A stretch of 64,000 bases of DNA from Anaerolineae bacterium (GTDB lineage: Bacteria > Chloroflexota > Anaerolineae > B4-G1 > SLSP01), in NCBI GenBank assembly GCA_025454475.1, contig JALOOJ010000001.1:6015-70014 (forward strand), written 5' to 3'. The translations under genes were made by a program, and so were the position numbers. How positions within the stretch are numbered: the first letter of the stretch is position 1; every line of letters begins with the position of its first letter. The notes under the pieces are model-generated. The model saw only the letters and a list, made by a program, of their open reading frames with translations. It was not told where the DNA came from and did not search any database. Of the stretch, positions 27,944-38,690 are shown in pieces.

Positions 27944-29470
27944 CTACATCCACTTCGGGCGTTCCTGCTTCTTCTCCGGCTCCTTACGCCCGTAGGCCAG
28001 CGCCATCGTGTTCAACCTGGTGCGGTGGAACGGTTTCACATCCTCGAGCTTGAACCGCCACGACCAATTGTTGCCGAACTTACCCGGCGTGTTCATCCGG
28101 GCCTCGGTCCCCAGCCCCAGGACGTCCTGCAGTGGCGTGATAGCCAGGTCGGCCACGGAACGATAGGCCAACCGGATCAGCGCCCAGTTGATGGGCTCGT
28201 CCGTGGGGCCGACGTATTCGAGGCAGTTCTCGAGCTCCGATCCCTCGCGGGTAGCATACCAACCCATCGTTGTGTCGTTGTCGTGCGTACCGGTGTAGAT
28301 GACGGCGTTGTTACGGAGATTGTGCGGCAGATAGGGGTTGCCGGCGTCAGTCGCAAAAGCGAATTGGAGGACGTTCATCCCTGGGAGGCTGAACGCCTCG
28401 CGCAACTCCAGCACATCATCCGTGATGTGCCCCAGATCCTCAGCAATGATGGGCAGCTCACCGAGCGCATCCCGGATCGCCGTGAAGAACTCAACAGAGG
28501 GGCCCTTCCGCCACTCGCCGTTGATCGCCGTGGGCTCTCCGGCAGGCACGGCCCAGTAGGCGGCAAAGCCGCGGAAATGGTCAAGGCGCACGATGTCAAC
28601 GGTCGCCAACGTCTGCGAGAAGCGCCTCACCCACCACGTGTACCCGCCTTCCGCCATAGCATCCCAACGGTAGAGCGGATTACCCCACAGTTGACCGGTC
28701 GGGCTGAAGTAATCGGGCGGCACACCCGCTACCTCCGTCGGCAGCAGATCCTCATCGAGATAGAAGACCTCCGGATGCGCCCAGACGTCGACGCTATCGT
28801 AGGCAACGAAGATGGGGATATCGCCGACGATCTGGATGCCGTTGTCATTGGCATAGGCCTTCAGCGCGGCCCACTGCTTGAAGAACTGGAACTGGTAGTA
28901 GTGCTGGGCAAACACGGACTCGTCGAGGCGCTCGCGCCACGCTTCCATCACGTCAGGTTCCCGCAAGACCAAACCGCGCTCCCACGTGTTCCAGACAGCG
29001 CCGCCGTGGGCATCCTTGAGCGCCATGAAAAGCGCAAAGTCATCGAGCCAGTCCGCGTTCTCGCGGCAGAAGCGGTCGAAGGCAGCCCGCCGCTTCTGGT
29101 CCGCAGTCTCGCGGAAGGTACGGGCCGCGCGCCGCAATATCGCGTACTTGAACGAGATGACCGGACCGAAGTCCACGCGGTCAACGGGAAACTCGGACGC
29201 CTGCGCGAGGTCCTCAGGATCGACGTCCCCTTCCTCGACAAGCTGATCGAGGCCGATGAGCAGCGGGTTGCCGGCCAGCGCCGAGAAACATGCATAAGGT
29301 GAGTCCCCGTACCCGGTAGGCCCCAGGGGCAGGATCTGCCAGAGCGACTGCCCGCACTCAACCAGCAGGTCGATGAACGAAAAAGCCTCTTTGCCCAACT
29401 CGCCTATACCGTACGAGCCGGGCAGCGAGGTGGGGTGCACCAGAACGCCAGCAGACCGTTTGAAGCGCAT
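27944..29470 (-). CDS. malQ: 4-alpha-glucanotransferase (amylomaltase, GH77)
   Basis: Start at MRFKRSAGVLVHPTSLPGSYGIGELG (GGGAGGGAG RBS); LWQILPLGPTGYGDSPY, DIVRLDHFRGF, GTHDNDT signatures. Confidence 0.9.
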   Translation of the reverse strand: MRFKRSAGVLVHPTSLPGSYGIGELGKEAFSFIDLLVECGQSLWQILPLGPTGYGDSPYACFSALAGNPLLIGLDQLVEEGDVDPEDLAQASEFPVDRVDFGPVISFKYAILRRAARTFRETADQKRRAAFDRFCRENADWLDDFALFMALKDAHGGAVWNTWERGLVLREPDVMEAWRERLDESVFAQHYYQFQFFKQWAALKAYANDNGIQIVGDIPIFVAYDSVDVWAHPEVFYLDEDLLPTEVAGVPPDYFSPTGQLWGNPLYRWDAMAEGGYTWWVRRFSQTLATVDIVRLDHFRGFAAYWAVPAGEPTAINGEWRKGPSVEFFTAIRDALGELPIIAEDLGHITDDVLELREAFSLPGMNVLQFAFATDAGNPYLPHNLRNNAVIYTGTHDNDTTMGWYATREGSELENCLEYVGPTDEPINWALIRLAYRSVADLAITPLQDVLGLGTEARMNTPGKFGNNWSWRFKLEDVKPFHRTRLNTMALAYGRKEPEKKQERPKWM

Positions 29471-29947
29471 GACGTCTCCCTCCCTTCGATGGTGTGAGGC
29501 ACCGATGTCATCGGGCGCCATCGCCGATGACGATAATCAAACTTCAGGCAACATCAGGGGCTGCGATGAACTGAATGCACTATAGGCGCGCAGCGGGGAA
29601 TGGCAAGCCATCGTCTCCGTCCGTACGGCTAACTGTCTAGTTCGCCTCTGGATGACGAGCCGCCTTGAGGCCCACCAGTGGCCATATTCTCGCGGTGAAG
29701 GCCCGCCGCTCTCCGCGCCCAAGGCTTCCGGAAAACCCTTGAGCGGGCAGATGGTCGCTCCCAAGGGGCTGGCTGGGGCCTTAGGCGCTTCTGCAGCGCC
29801 GGAACAGACCAGCCCAACGCTTGCCCTGCCGAGTCCTCTTGGCCAAACCCTTGGGCAGGCAGACAGTCACGGCACCGGAACGCGTTGGCAGCGCAGGCGG
29901 ATCACGCTACAATGCCGGCGTAGACGATTCGTACCCTGGGAGGTCTT

Positions 29948-30754
29948 ATGATCACCTTTCTGAGCCAGTTTCCTCCGGTCATCCAAGCCCTCTTCGGCAC
30001 GCTCTTCACGTGGGCGATGACCGCCTTGGGGGCGGCGGGCGTCTTCCTCAAGAAGGATGTCGACCGCCGATTGCTCGATGTCATGCTCGGATTCGCCGGA
30101 GGCGTGATGATCGCGGCGAGTTTCTGGTCGCTGCTTGCACCGGCGATCGACATGTCGGCTGAACTACCACTGCCGGTGTGGCTGCCTGCCGCGGTTGGGT
30201 TTCTCCTGGGCGGTGGGTTCCTGCGGCTGCTAGACCGGATCTTGCCCCACCTCCACGTCGGCGAGGATCAGCCGGAGGGCTTGAAAACCACCTGGCGCAG
30301 GATCACGTTGCTAGTCCTGGCGATCACGCTGCACAACTTCCCGGAGGGCTTGGCGGTGGGCGTGGCGTTTGGCGCGGCGGCTGCGGGCATCCCCTCGGCC
30401 ACGATCGCGGGCGCCCTCGCGCTTGCCCTGGGCATCGGCATTCAGAACTTCCCCGAAGGGCTCGCGGTCGCGATGCCCCTGCGCACCACAAAGATGTCAC
30501 CACCCCGGAGCTTCTGGTTTGGGCAGCTATCAGGTCTAGTTGAACCCATCGCGGGCGTCCTGGGTGCGGCCGCCGTGCTGCTCTTCCGGCCGATCCTGCC
30601 CTTTGCCATGGCGTTCGCGGCAGGCGCCATGATCTTCGTCGTCGTCGAGGACCTCGTCCCTGAGTCTCACGCCGAGGGAAACGTTGACCTGGCCACTATG
30701 GGCGTGATGTTGGGGTTCGCCGTAATGATGATTCTAGACGTGGCACTGGGCTAA
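29948..30754 (+). CDS. zupT: ZIP-family zinc/metal transporter
   Basis: [10 protein letters not shown] and [13 protein letters not shown] signatures; 8 TM. Confidence 0.9.
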   Translation: MITFLSQFPPVIQALFGTLFTWAMTALGAAGVFLKKDVDRRLLDVMLGFAGGVMIAASFWSLLAPAIDMSAELPLPVWLPAAVGFLLGGGFLRLLDRILPHLHVGEDQPEGLKTTWRRITLLVLAITLHNFPEGLAVGVAFGAAAAGIPSATIAGALALALGIGIQNFPEGLAVAMPLRTTKMSPPRSFWFGQLSGLVEPIAGVLGAAAVLLFRPILPFAMAFAAGAMIFVVVEDLVPESHAEGNVDLATMGVMLGFAVMMILDVALG

Positions 30755-30773
30755 AGGCTCTGCGGGAGACGCA

Positions 30774-31457
30774 ATGGCGCAGAAAATCCTCGTTGTGGAT
30801 GACGAATCTGAGATCGTCCGTGTTGTACGCAGCTATCTTGAGAAGGCGGGATACCAGGTCGCAGCCGCAGGTAACGGACGTGACGCCCTCTTTGCCGCAC
30901 GAGAGATGAGACCAGACCTGATTGTGCTCGATCTGCAGATGCCGGAAATGGACGGCCTCGAGTTCACGCGTCGTATACGCACCGATCAACCCAACGTCGC
31001 CATCATCATGCTTACGGCGCGCGTTGAAGAGGTAGATCGCATACTGGGATTGGAGCTCGGGGCTGATGATTACATGACCAAGCCTTTCAGCCCTCGGGAG
31101 CTTGTGGCGCGAGTGCGCACTGTGCTGCGACGATCTCAGAGCATACAGCCCGCTGCAGAAGTGCTGGAGCACCGCGGCCTGGTCCTCGACAGGGGACGCC
31201 GGGAGGTGCGGAAGGAGGGCAAAGCAGTCGACCTCACACCTACAGAGTTCGACCTTCTCGCTGCGCTGATGAGTGCACCGGGGCGGGCTTTCTCACGGGG
31301 CGACCTTCTGGAAACAGTCCAGGGCGTGGCCTTCGAGGCCTACGAGCGCACAATCGACGTCCACATCAAGAACCTGCGACAGAAGCTCGAGGAAGACCCG
31401 GCCGACCCCGTCTACATCGGCACGGTGCGCGGGATCGGGTACCGCTTCAACGACTGA
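30774..31457 (+). CDS. OmpR-family two-component response regulator
   Basis: Receiver domain (VVDDESEIV...DLIVLDLQMPEMDG...MLTAR) plus winged-helix C-terminal domain (RTIDVHIKNLRQKLE). Confidence 0.9.
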   Translation: MAQKILVVDDESEIVRVVRSYLEKAGYQVAAAGNGRDALFAAREMRPDLIVLDLQMPEMDGLEFTRRIRTDQPNVAIIMLTARVEEVDRILGLELGADDYMTKPFSPRELVARVRTVLRRSQSIQPAAEVLEHRGLVLDRGRREVRKEGKAVDLTPTEFDLLAALMSAPGRAFSRGDLLETVQGVAFEAYERTIDVHIKNLRQKLEEDPADPVYIGTVRGIGYRFND

Positions 31458-31462
31458 CGCTC

Positions 31463-32842
31463 ATGAGCCTATTTCAGAAGGGGCTGCTGGCCTTTGGGGC
31501 CGTCATCGTGGTCGCCGTGAGCACCGTCGCAGTTATCGCCGGCTACAGCAGCGAGACGGCGTTCCGGCGATACGCGACCCTCTACAGCGGCCGCACGGCG
31601 ATGACGGCGGAGGCGCTCATCACCTATTACGAGGCCCAGGGCAGTTGGGCGGGCCTTCAGGAAGCACTGCCGCAGCTGGTCCTCCCCGGAAGGGGTCGTG
31701 GACGCGGGGGGAGTGAGGGGACCTCTACGGACCAGACCCTGGCCTACAGAGTAGCGGACGCACAACGCACGGTCGTGGCAAGCAGCACAGGAACGCCGGG
31801 CGGCACGTTTACCTCGGCAGAGGTCGCTGCGGCACTGCCCCTGACAATCGAGGACTCGGTAATCGGTTATCTTGCCCCGGAGCTTCATTGGAGCGCGACG
31901 AGCGCTCTGGACGAGCCCGCCAACGCCTACCTCACCCGACTGCGCTGGGCGCTAGCCTTGGGTGGGGGCGCCGCAGCGATTACGGCGCTCCTGATCGCCG
32001 GGGTGCTGACCCGCGGCATCGTCTCTCCCGTGCGGTCCCTGACGCAGACAGCGGAGGTCATCGCGCAGGGGAAGTTCGACACCCGCGTGGATGTGCGGGG
32101 CAAGGATGAAATCGCGCGGTTGGCAGTGACGTTCAACCTGATGGCCTCCAGCCTGGAACAGGCCGAAGCGGCACGGCGTGCCCAGACCGCTGACATTGCC
32201 CACGAGCTGCGCAACCCGCTTGCCGTGCTCCAGAGCTCGTTGGAAGCGTTGGCGGATCAGGTGTACGAACCGACTCCCGACAACATCGAGCCCGCACTGG
32301 ATCAGGTGCGGACCCTCAACCGCCTCGTCGAGGACCTGCGGACGCTTGCCCTGGCTGATGCGGGCCAGTTGCGCCTCGACCCGCAGTTGCTTGACCTCCG
32401 CACTGCGGTCGCCCGGGTCGTTGAAGCCCATCGTGATGCGCTAACCGAAAAGCAGATTGGGGTCATCGTGTCCCAGTCGGACACGACGCTCCCCCCTGTC
32501 CTGGCCGACTATGTGCGGCTGACTCAGGTGTTGAACAACATCCTTGGGAACGCGCTTCGATACCTCCCCGGGGGGACCACAATGCACGTGACCCTTGAGG
32601 CCAGGGACGGCGGTGTTGTGGCCTGCTTCGCCGACAACGGCCCCGGCATCCCGGAGTCGGACTTGCCGCGGCTGTTTGACCGTTTCTGGCGGCGCGAGCC
32701 CTCGCGAAGTCGCGATTCCGGGGGCTCAGGGCTGGGGCTGGCTATCGCACAACAGATCATCGAGGCCCACGGTGGACGCATCGGGGCCAACCCCACGCCG
32801 GGGGGCGGGCTGACGCTGAGTTTCTGGCTGCCCGCCGCCTAG
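31463..32842 (+). CDS. sensor histidine kinase (TM-HAMP-HisKA-HATPase)
   Basis: H-box ADIAHELRNPL, N/G boxes (LGNALRY, DNGPGIP, GGSGLGLAIA); 6 nt after the response regulator gene. Confidence 0.9.
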   Translation: MSLFQKGLLAFGAVIVVAVSTVAVIAGYSSETAFRRYATLYSGRTAMTAEALITYYEAQGSWAGLQEALPQLVLPGRGRGRGGSEGTSTDQTLAYRVADAQRTVVASSTGTPGGTFTSAEVAAALPLTIEDSVIGYLAPELHWSATSALDEPANAYLTRLRWALALGGGAAAITALLIAGVLTRGIVSPVRSLTQTAEVIAQGKFDTRVDVRGKDEIARLAVTFNLMASSLEQAEAARRAQTADIAHELRNPLAVLQSSLEALADQVYEPTPDNIEPALDQVRTLNRLVEDLRTLALADAGQLRLDPQLLDLRTAVARVVEAHRDALTEKQIGVIVSQSDTTLPPVLADYVRLTQVLNNILGNALRYLPGGTTMHVTLEARDGGVVACFADNGPGIPESDLPRLFDRFWRREPSRSRDSGGSGLGLAIAQQIIEAHGGRIGANPTPGGGLTLSFWLPAA

Positions 32843-33022
32843 CCTCGCTCTGGCGCTGCAAGGGTCGGCCCCGCGAGCCTGCCCGCTGTCTTGGTCCCCT
32901 CCCTGAAGCCATCTTCACGCAACTCACACCTCCCCTTCATCGCTCCTTCATTGCCCACGGCTATCCTACAGCCGAGTTGAATCAATAGACACGCGCCGTT
33001 AGGCGCAGTCGGGAGGAGAGAG

Positions 33023-33361
33023 ATGAACAAAAGCATGTTGAACTACTGGCTTGATATCGTGGTTGGACTGGCGTTTGTACTTGCAGCAGTAACAGGAATC
33101 GCCTTTCTCTTTATGGGGTCGGGTGGCTATCAGGGCGGGAGAAATGCCCTCTTCCAGGTAGCTTTCCTGGGCATCGCCCGTGATACCTGGAGCGACCTCC
33201 ACACGCTAAGCAGCTTGGTCATGACAGCGGGCGTCGGTCTGCATCTGGTGTTTCACTTCAACTGGATAGTCTGCGTGACCAAGCGTATGCTGCATAGGCC
33301 AGTCAGGAAGACGATCGCCCCCGCGCTGCAGCGCGAAGAGTCTTGCCCAGTTACAGCATAG
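33023..33361 (+). CDS. small membrane protein, DUF4405-like
   Basis: Two TM helices; GGAGGAGAG RBS. Confidence 0.4.
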   Translation: MNKSMLNYWLDIVVGLAFVLAAVTGIAFLFMGSGGYQGGRNALFQVAFLGIARDTWSDLHTLSSLVMTAGVGLHLVFHFNWIVCVTKRMLHRPVRKTIAPALQREESCPVTA

Positions 33362-33390
33362 TCACAGCGTTTATAGAAGGAGAAGGAGTG

Positions 33391-34065
33391 ATGTTACAGA
33401 CGTTGAAGGTCGGCTTGATCGTTAGCTTGCTGGTTGTTCTCGTGGGTGGTACCGTCGCCATTCTGGCCCGGCCCTCGGAGGCACGCGCGGACCAGACGGG
33501 TCGTACCCTTACCTCGGCACTCGGGTCCACGGTGGCCCATGGTGGGCGTCAAGGAGCGGGCGTAGGCATCGAGGGTGGTGGGTTGGACACCACAGGACAG
33601 GGACGCGGCGGATGGAGCACCACGAATAACGGCGCCGAGACCTATGGCGGTGGGCTGGGAAATGGTCGCGGCGTGGGTAGCAGCACGCAGGGCACGGCAG
33701 ATGACACCTCCGCATACGCCTATGGTCAAGGGCAGGGACGCAGTGCAGGGGGCGTTGCCGCCACCGAACCCGACCAGTGGGAGACGATCGAAGGATCGGT
33801 AGTTGTCGCGGGCAGTGACCTCACTATGCGTACCGCCGATGGCGACATCCTGGTCGGACTGGGCCAGGAGTGGTACCGTGAGCAGGAGGGATTTGTAGTA
33901 GAGCTCGGCGACCAGATCCGGGTCAAGGGATATTACGAGGATGGTGAGTTCAAGGCCGGCGCCGTCGAGAACCTCACGCGGCACACAAGCATAACGCTAC
34001 GCGATGACACCGGACGCCCGATGTGGTCCGGCAGGGGCAATCGACAGAACTCCAGCCGCCCCTAG
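33391..34065 (+). CDS. Gly-rich secreted/membrane-anchored protein of unknown function
   Basis: ATG at 33391 with GAAGGAGAAGGAG RBS (the track start is a TTG); signal anchor MLQTLKVGLIVSLLVVLVGG; Gly/Thr-rich low-complexity middle. Confidence 0.45.
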   Translation: MLQTLKVGLIVSLLVVLVGGTVAILARPSEARADQTGRTLTSALGSTVAHGGRQGAGVGIEGGGLDTTGQGRGGWSTTNNGAETYGGGLGNGRGVGSSTQGTADDTSAYAYGQGQGRSAGGVAATEPDQWETIEGSVVVAGSDLTMRTADGDILVGLGQEWYREQEGFVVELGDQIRVKGYYEDGEFKAGAVENLTRHTSITLRDDTGRPMWSGRGNRQNSSRP

Positions 34066-34087
34066 TGGTCAGTTAAGCTGATGTCTG

Positions 34088-34184
34088 GGTTCGTAGTAAC
34101 GACTTCAGTCGTTCCGCCCCAACAGACTGGGCGGTAGCAGAACCGCTGAAGCGGTTACTACGAACCATCCTACCTGAGCACTAG
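34088..34184 (+). repeat. structured palindromic intergenic repeat, copy B
   Basis: ggttcgtagtaacgacttcagtcgttccgccccaacagactgggcggtagcagaaccgctgaagcggttactacgaaccatcctacctgagcactag; same core and orientation as copy A. Confidence 0.7.
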
Positions 34185-34193
34185 TCTCTCTCC

Positions 34194-34234
34194 AGAAAAA
34201 AAGGCGGGGCAGTGGCTGAACGCCACTGCCCCGC
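34194..34234 (-). terminator. rho-independent terminator for the GDT1-family gene
   Basis: On the minus strand gcggggcagtggc-gttca-gccactgccccgcc is followed by a run of seven U. Confidence 0.8.
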
Positions 34235-34276
34235 AGAGGTCCCAGGAACCGGTTCGCTGACCTTACCTTGATCAGG

Positions 34277-34924
34277 CTACAGGATGCCCATCCCCATCAA
34301 CACACCCATGACGACGAAGGCTCCCGCAGAGATGCGCAGCAACAACCGCTCGGGGATGAGCTGACAGAGCTTCTCGCCACCCACCACGCCGATGGCGGTG
34401 ACCGCGGTTAGCGCGGCAGCGCCGCCGGTGAACGCCACCCAGGCCGAAGGCTGCTTGCTCGCCAGACCTAGCACGGCCAACTGCGTCTTATCGCCGAGTT
34501 CCGCCAGGAAGAGCAGACTGAAGGTCGCGCCAAACGCGCGCCAGTCCCATACACCCGGGGCGGTGGCGCACTCACCCTCATCGGGGAGCTCGCACGCAGC
34601 ACGCGCATCGGCCTTCTTGGCCTCACGCCAGATGAGGAAGCCCATCAGGACGAAAGCCAGCGCAGCAACGATACGGATCACGTCCTGGGGGATGAAAGCA
34701 TTCAGCACGCGCCCTCCCGCGGCCCCGATCGCCGTCACGGCGGTCAGCGCCAGGCTGCCCCCGAGAAACACCGCCCATGGGCGTCGAAACTTGCACGTTT
34801 GAGACACGACCGCCAACTGCGTCTTGTCCCCCAGCTCCGCAACAAAGACCAAGCCAAAAGCCGAAAGCCACGTGCCCCAGTCCACCCACACCTCCCACAG
34901 GAAATGGCGTGGCCTCATGGCCAC
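34277..34924 (-). CDS. GDT1/TMEM165 (UPF0016) family cation transporter
   Basis: Two copies of the E-x-G-D-K-T motif (VAELGDKTQLAV, LAELGDKTQLAV). Confidence 0.8.
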   Translation of the reverse strand: MAMRPRHFLWEVWVDWGTWLSAFGLVFVAELGDKTQLAVVSQTCKFRRPWAVFLGGSLALTAVTAIGAAGGRVLNAFIPQDVIRIVAALAFVLMGFLIWREAKKADARAACELPDEGECATAPGVWDWRAFGATFSLLFLAELGDKTQLAVLGLASKQPSAWVAFTGGAAALTAVTAIGVVGGEKLCQLIPERLLLRISAGAFVVMGVLMGMGIL

Positions 34925-34954
34925 GCCAGCGTCCGCCTGCCGAACGATCCCGGA

Positions 34955-35380
34955 TCAGCCCTCGTCGTCAGGATCGACAGCCCCGGGCATAGCGAGATCG
35001 ACAACATCGCCATGCACGTCGATCACCACGCGAAACCCCATCATGCCCAGCCATTGTCGAGCCTCCTCGGGCAACCCCACGGCGAGCAGCTGCTGCATCT
35101 GCTCGCCCATCTGCCCAAGGGAACTCTCAACGGCGGCCTTGGTGAAGAGGTCATCCTTGCCCAAGTAGTCCAGCATCGCCCGGACCACTGCTTCCCTGTT
35201 GGAGAGGACCCCTTCCTGCAGGGCGGTCAACACATGGCGGTCGACGGCCTCCGAAGGGACGTGTCGCAGGAATCCCTCGTCATCAACCACATAAAAGGCC
35301 TCTTGCCCGACCTGGGTTGCCGTTACAGGTCGGTCGTTCTCATCCACGACAAGCCCGACGAAAACGGCTGTGCGTGCCAC
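34955..35380 (-). CDS. hypothetical acidic protein (about 141 aa)
   Basis: GTG at 35378-35380 with GGGAGGA RBS 8 nt upstream, preferred over the track ATG at 35428, which lacks an RBS. Confidence 0.4.
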   Translation of the reverse strand: MARTAVFVGLVVDENDRPVTATQVGQEAFYVVDDEGFLRHVPSEAVDRHVLTALQEGVLSNREAVVRAMLDYLGKDDLFTKAAVESSLGQMGEQMQQLLAVGLPEEARQWLGMMGFRVVIDVHGDVVDLAMPGAVDPDDEG

Positions 35381-35617
35381 CTTAGCTATCCTCCCACAGG
35401 GTACTCGCGCCTTTCCCTCGATTGACAATCCGATGGCGAGATCGCTTGCACCTGAAAACGATCACAGTACACTCAGATATCCAACTGCCGCGGTCGCGGC
35501 AGGACGGAGTATAGCTTATCCTACCAGAACTCGGCGTCTAGATCAATACCAGGAAGCATCGCACTCTGGCATCGCACTCTGGCATCGAACCAGAGCGTCA
35601 TTGATCAGGAGGGTCCC

Positions 35618-36574
35618 ATGGAGTCCGCTCCCATCGTTGCTGTGGTCACTGATTCCGCCGCAGGCATTCCGACCGATCTGCTCGCGCGCTATAACATCAA
35701 GGTCGTCCCCTACTGGGTCCATCTCGGGAGCGAGTCCTTCATCTCCGGCGAGACCATCGAGCCGCCCGAGTTCTTCAGGAGGCTGCGCGCCAACCCGGAG
35801 ATCGAGGTCCATACGGGTGTGCCGGCAGCGGCAAAGTTCGCCGAGATCTACAAGAGCCTGGCCTCCTGGGCCAAGAGCATCGTCTCGGTCCACGTCGCCA
35901 GCAAGCAGAGCGGGACGTGCAGTGCGGCGGCATTGGGTGCCAACGACAGCCCGATCCCGGTTGTGGTCCTGGATACCGAAACCACGGCGATGGGCGAAGG
36001 GTTCGTGGCGTTGGAGGCCGCACGGGCTGCTTCGGAAGGCGGCACCCTGGATCACGTGATCGCCAGAGCAAAAGCCGCGATTCCCTATGCAGGCGTCGTG
36101 GCACTCTTGGAGAGCGTCACCTACGCGCTCAAGGGCGGGCGACTGTCCAGCGCCGCCGGCAAAGTGGGCAGTTTCCTCAAGATACAGCCTTTGGTGCGGG
36201 TACACGACAACAAGGTGAGCCTGATCGGACAGGCGCGGCGGAGGAGCAAGGGTATCGAGGCGCTCATCGAGCGCATAACCGACGAAGCGAAAGAAGATCC
36301 CGTTCATCTCACCGTACACTACGCCGAAGACGAGCAGGAAGGGCATTCGCTGCTCGACACCCTGAAGGCGCGGCTGAACTGCATCGAGGCGTATCTGACG
36401 CGCGTGCCGGTGGAGCTTGGCGTCCACGCGGGGCCCGGATCGATCGGTGTGGCCTATCACATCGAGCGCGAGAACGTGGGGTTGGCGCAGCAGTTAGAAC
36501 AGCAACTGGAGCACCTGAGCCGGCTGGGAAACCAGGCCAAGGAAGCCATTCGCTCCCGCCTGCCCGGCGGGTAA
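35618..36574 (+). CDS. DegV-family fatty-acid-binding protein (second paralog)
   Basis: IVAVVTDSAAGIPTDLLARYNIKVVPYWVHLGSESF N-terminus; GGAGGG RBS. Confidence 0.8.
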   Translation: MESAPIVAVVTDSAAGIPTDLLARYNIKVVPYWVHLGSESFISGETIEPPEFFRRLRANPEIEVHTGVPAAAKFAEIYKSLASWAKSIVSVHVASKQSGTCSAAALGANDSPIPVVVLDTETTAMGEGFVALEAARAASEGGTLDHVIARAKAAIPYAGVVALLESVTYALKGGRLSSAAGKVGSFLKIQPLVRVHDNKVSLIGQARRRSKGIEALIERITDEAKEDPVHLTVHYAEDEQEGHSLLDTLKARLNCIEAYLTRVPVELGVHAGPGSIGVAYHIERENVGLAQQLEQQLEHLSRLGNQAKEAIRSRLPGG

Positions 36575-36625
36575 GCACCCAAACAGGAAGCCGCACAGTG
36601 GCGATCAAAGAGAGAAATCAGCAGA

Positions 36626-37029
36626 TGCGGGTCGTGGCCGAGCTCCTCACGGTGCACGTGCCCGAGCAGCTTGGGCAGGACCCGGATCTTGCGCGGGATC
36701 TCCTATCAGTTGCCGGGACCGCGCTCCACGAGATCTACGAGGATGCCGAACAGTCGGCAAAGGCCTGGGACAAACGCGCCTACCACTCGAAGGCTGACGA
36801 GTTGCGACGGGACTGGGACTGGGCAGCGGGCGCATCGAACTACGCACTGGGGCTCGCGCTCCGCCCCCAGCCGCTTGGGCAGATCGATGTCGACAAGCTG
36901 GTGCGGCTTATCCGACCGGGGATCGAGAAACCGGCGCGCCGCCAGATCAGCGATCCGGTCCGCTTTCGCGGCGCAGCCCGCATCGTCAAGCGCCAGCAGA
37001 CCGAGCGACGCAAGCCGCTGCGGGAGTAA
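36626..37029 (+). CDS. hypothetical protein (about 134 aa)
   Basis: ATG at 36626 within a longer alternative-frame track ORF; downstream of DegV; no motif recognised. Confidence 0.3.
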
Positions 37030-37041
37030 GGAACAGACCGG

Positions 37042-38690
37042 TTAGGGCTTTAGTGCCTTCAGCGCATCCTCCACGGTCAGCCAGCCGGCGCCGGGGAACA
37101 GCCGGGCGATCTGGGTTGCGAATCCTGTCGACCCAGCCAGAACTGTGTAGGGGTCGCCCTGCGCCACAATGCGCCCATCGCCCATCAAGACCACCCGATC
37201 GGCGACCGCGGCAGCTAGCTCCACGTCGTGGGTCACAAGCAAGACCGCCAGGCGTGCGTCGCGTGCCTGCCGGATCAGATCGGCTAGACGCGCCTTGGCC
37301 TCGTAGTCTAGACCGCGCGTTGGCTCGTCTAGCAACAGCACGCCGGGCTCTGTGACCATGATCGCGGCGAGCGCGACCCGCTGGCGCTCCCCCACGCTCA
37401 GGTCGCGGGGATAGGCAGCCACCTTGTCCGCCAGCCCCAGCCTCCCAAGCAGGACTTCAGGTGGAACAGGTGCCGCAGATAGCGCGATCCCATGGTTGCG
37501 GAGCGTGATGTGCAACTCCTCCACTACCGTCTCGGCAAAGAGCAGCGCGTTGGGATCCTGGGGCAGATAGGCGACATCGCGGCAGATTTCGGCGACCGGC
37601 GCGGCGGTGATATCGCGACCATCCAATCGGACGCGTCCACGTTCGGGGCGCACAAGACCGACGAGGCTCTTGAGCAGCGTGCTCTTCCCGGCGCCATTCC
37701 GTCCCATCAGGACGGTCACCTCCCCGCGACTCAACGTCAGGCTCACGTCGGACACCACCCTCTGGCCAGTATAGGCGACATCCAACGATTCTGCGACCAG
37801 ATAGGTCGCCGACGAGGCATGCCCCGCGTCGCTCGCAGGGATCGGCGCAGTGAGTGTGCCCGACGAGACGCCCCCGAGTATCTCAGGCAGGCTGCCGGCA
37901 ACGAAGGGCTGCGCCTCCTCTAGCGTGACCGGCAGCGGCGACCAGCCCAACGCCTTGCCCAGCTTCGACACCGGAGGCGCAAGCGCGATGCTCGCAACGA
38001 CCTCCCGTGGACTGCCCGCGATAACCGGCGCCGCACCGCCAGGAACGAAGATCACGCGGTTGGCAAACGAGAGTACCCGCTCCAGACGGTGCTCGGCCAA
38101 CACGATGGTCAACCCCGCCTCGACGTTGAGGCGGGCAACCGCCGTCAGCACATCCTCCGCGGATTGGGGGTCCAGTTGTGAGGTAGGCTCGTCAAGCACA
38201 AGCACCCGCGGCCGCAGGGCAAGCGCCGCCGCGATAGCCACCCGCTGCTTCTCGCCGCCGGAGAGCGTCGCCAGGGTCCTCCCGCGGAGCGACGCAAGCT
38301 CAAGCAGGCCGAGCACCTCTTCAACGCGCGATCGCATCTCCTGCGGGGCCATAGCCGCGTTCTCCAGCGCGAACGCGATCTCATCCTCGACCCGATCCAT
38401 CACGAATTGCGCCTCGGGATCCTGGAACACAAACCCCACGTGCCGACACATACGCTGCGGCCCGACCGCGACGGGCTCGAACCCGTCCACGACGAGGCGC
38501 CCGGAGAAGGTCCCGCCCGTGAAGTGTGGTACCAGGCCATTCAGGCTGCGCAGCAGCGTTGACTTACCCGCGCCGGACGGCCCGACCACGACGACGAAGT
38601 CACCTTCAGACACCGTGAACGACACGTCCGACAGGGCCGGCTGTGCTGCATCCGGGTAACGAAAGCTCACACGCTCACACGTGATCATGC
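37042..38690 (-). CDS. ECF transporter ATPase, fused duplicated EcfA1-EcfA2
   Basis: Start at MITCERVSFRY (GGGGGAG RBS). Two ABC domains, each with Walker A (GPSGAGKST, GRNGAGKST), signature (LSGGEKQRV, LSVGERQRV) and Walker B. Confidence 0.85.

Noticed and set aside
35917-37029. 370-aa track ORF spanning the second DegV gene in another frame
   Set aside because: Overlaps a well-supported DegV CDS for 650 bp. Only its 3' 134 codons (36626-37029), downstream of DegV, are retained as a low-confidence hypothetical.
38145-38384. Possibility that the EcfT C-terminal tail (38675-38850) is non-coding and EcfT ends earlier
   Set aside because: No in-frame stop before 38675 and the ORF overlaps the EcfA start by 16 nt, as is usual in ECF operons. 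Kept as an extension, but flagged because the tandem 17-bp repeat suggests recent sequence turnover.
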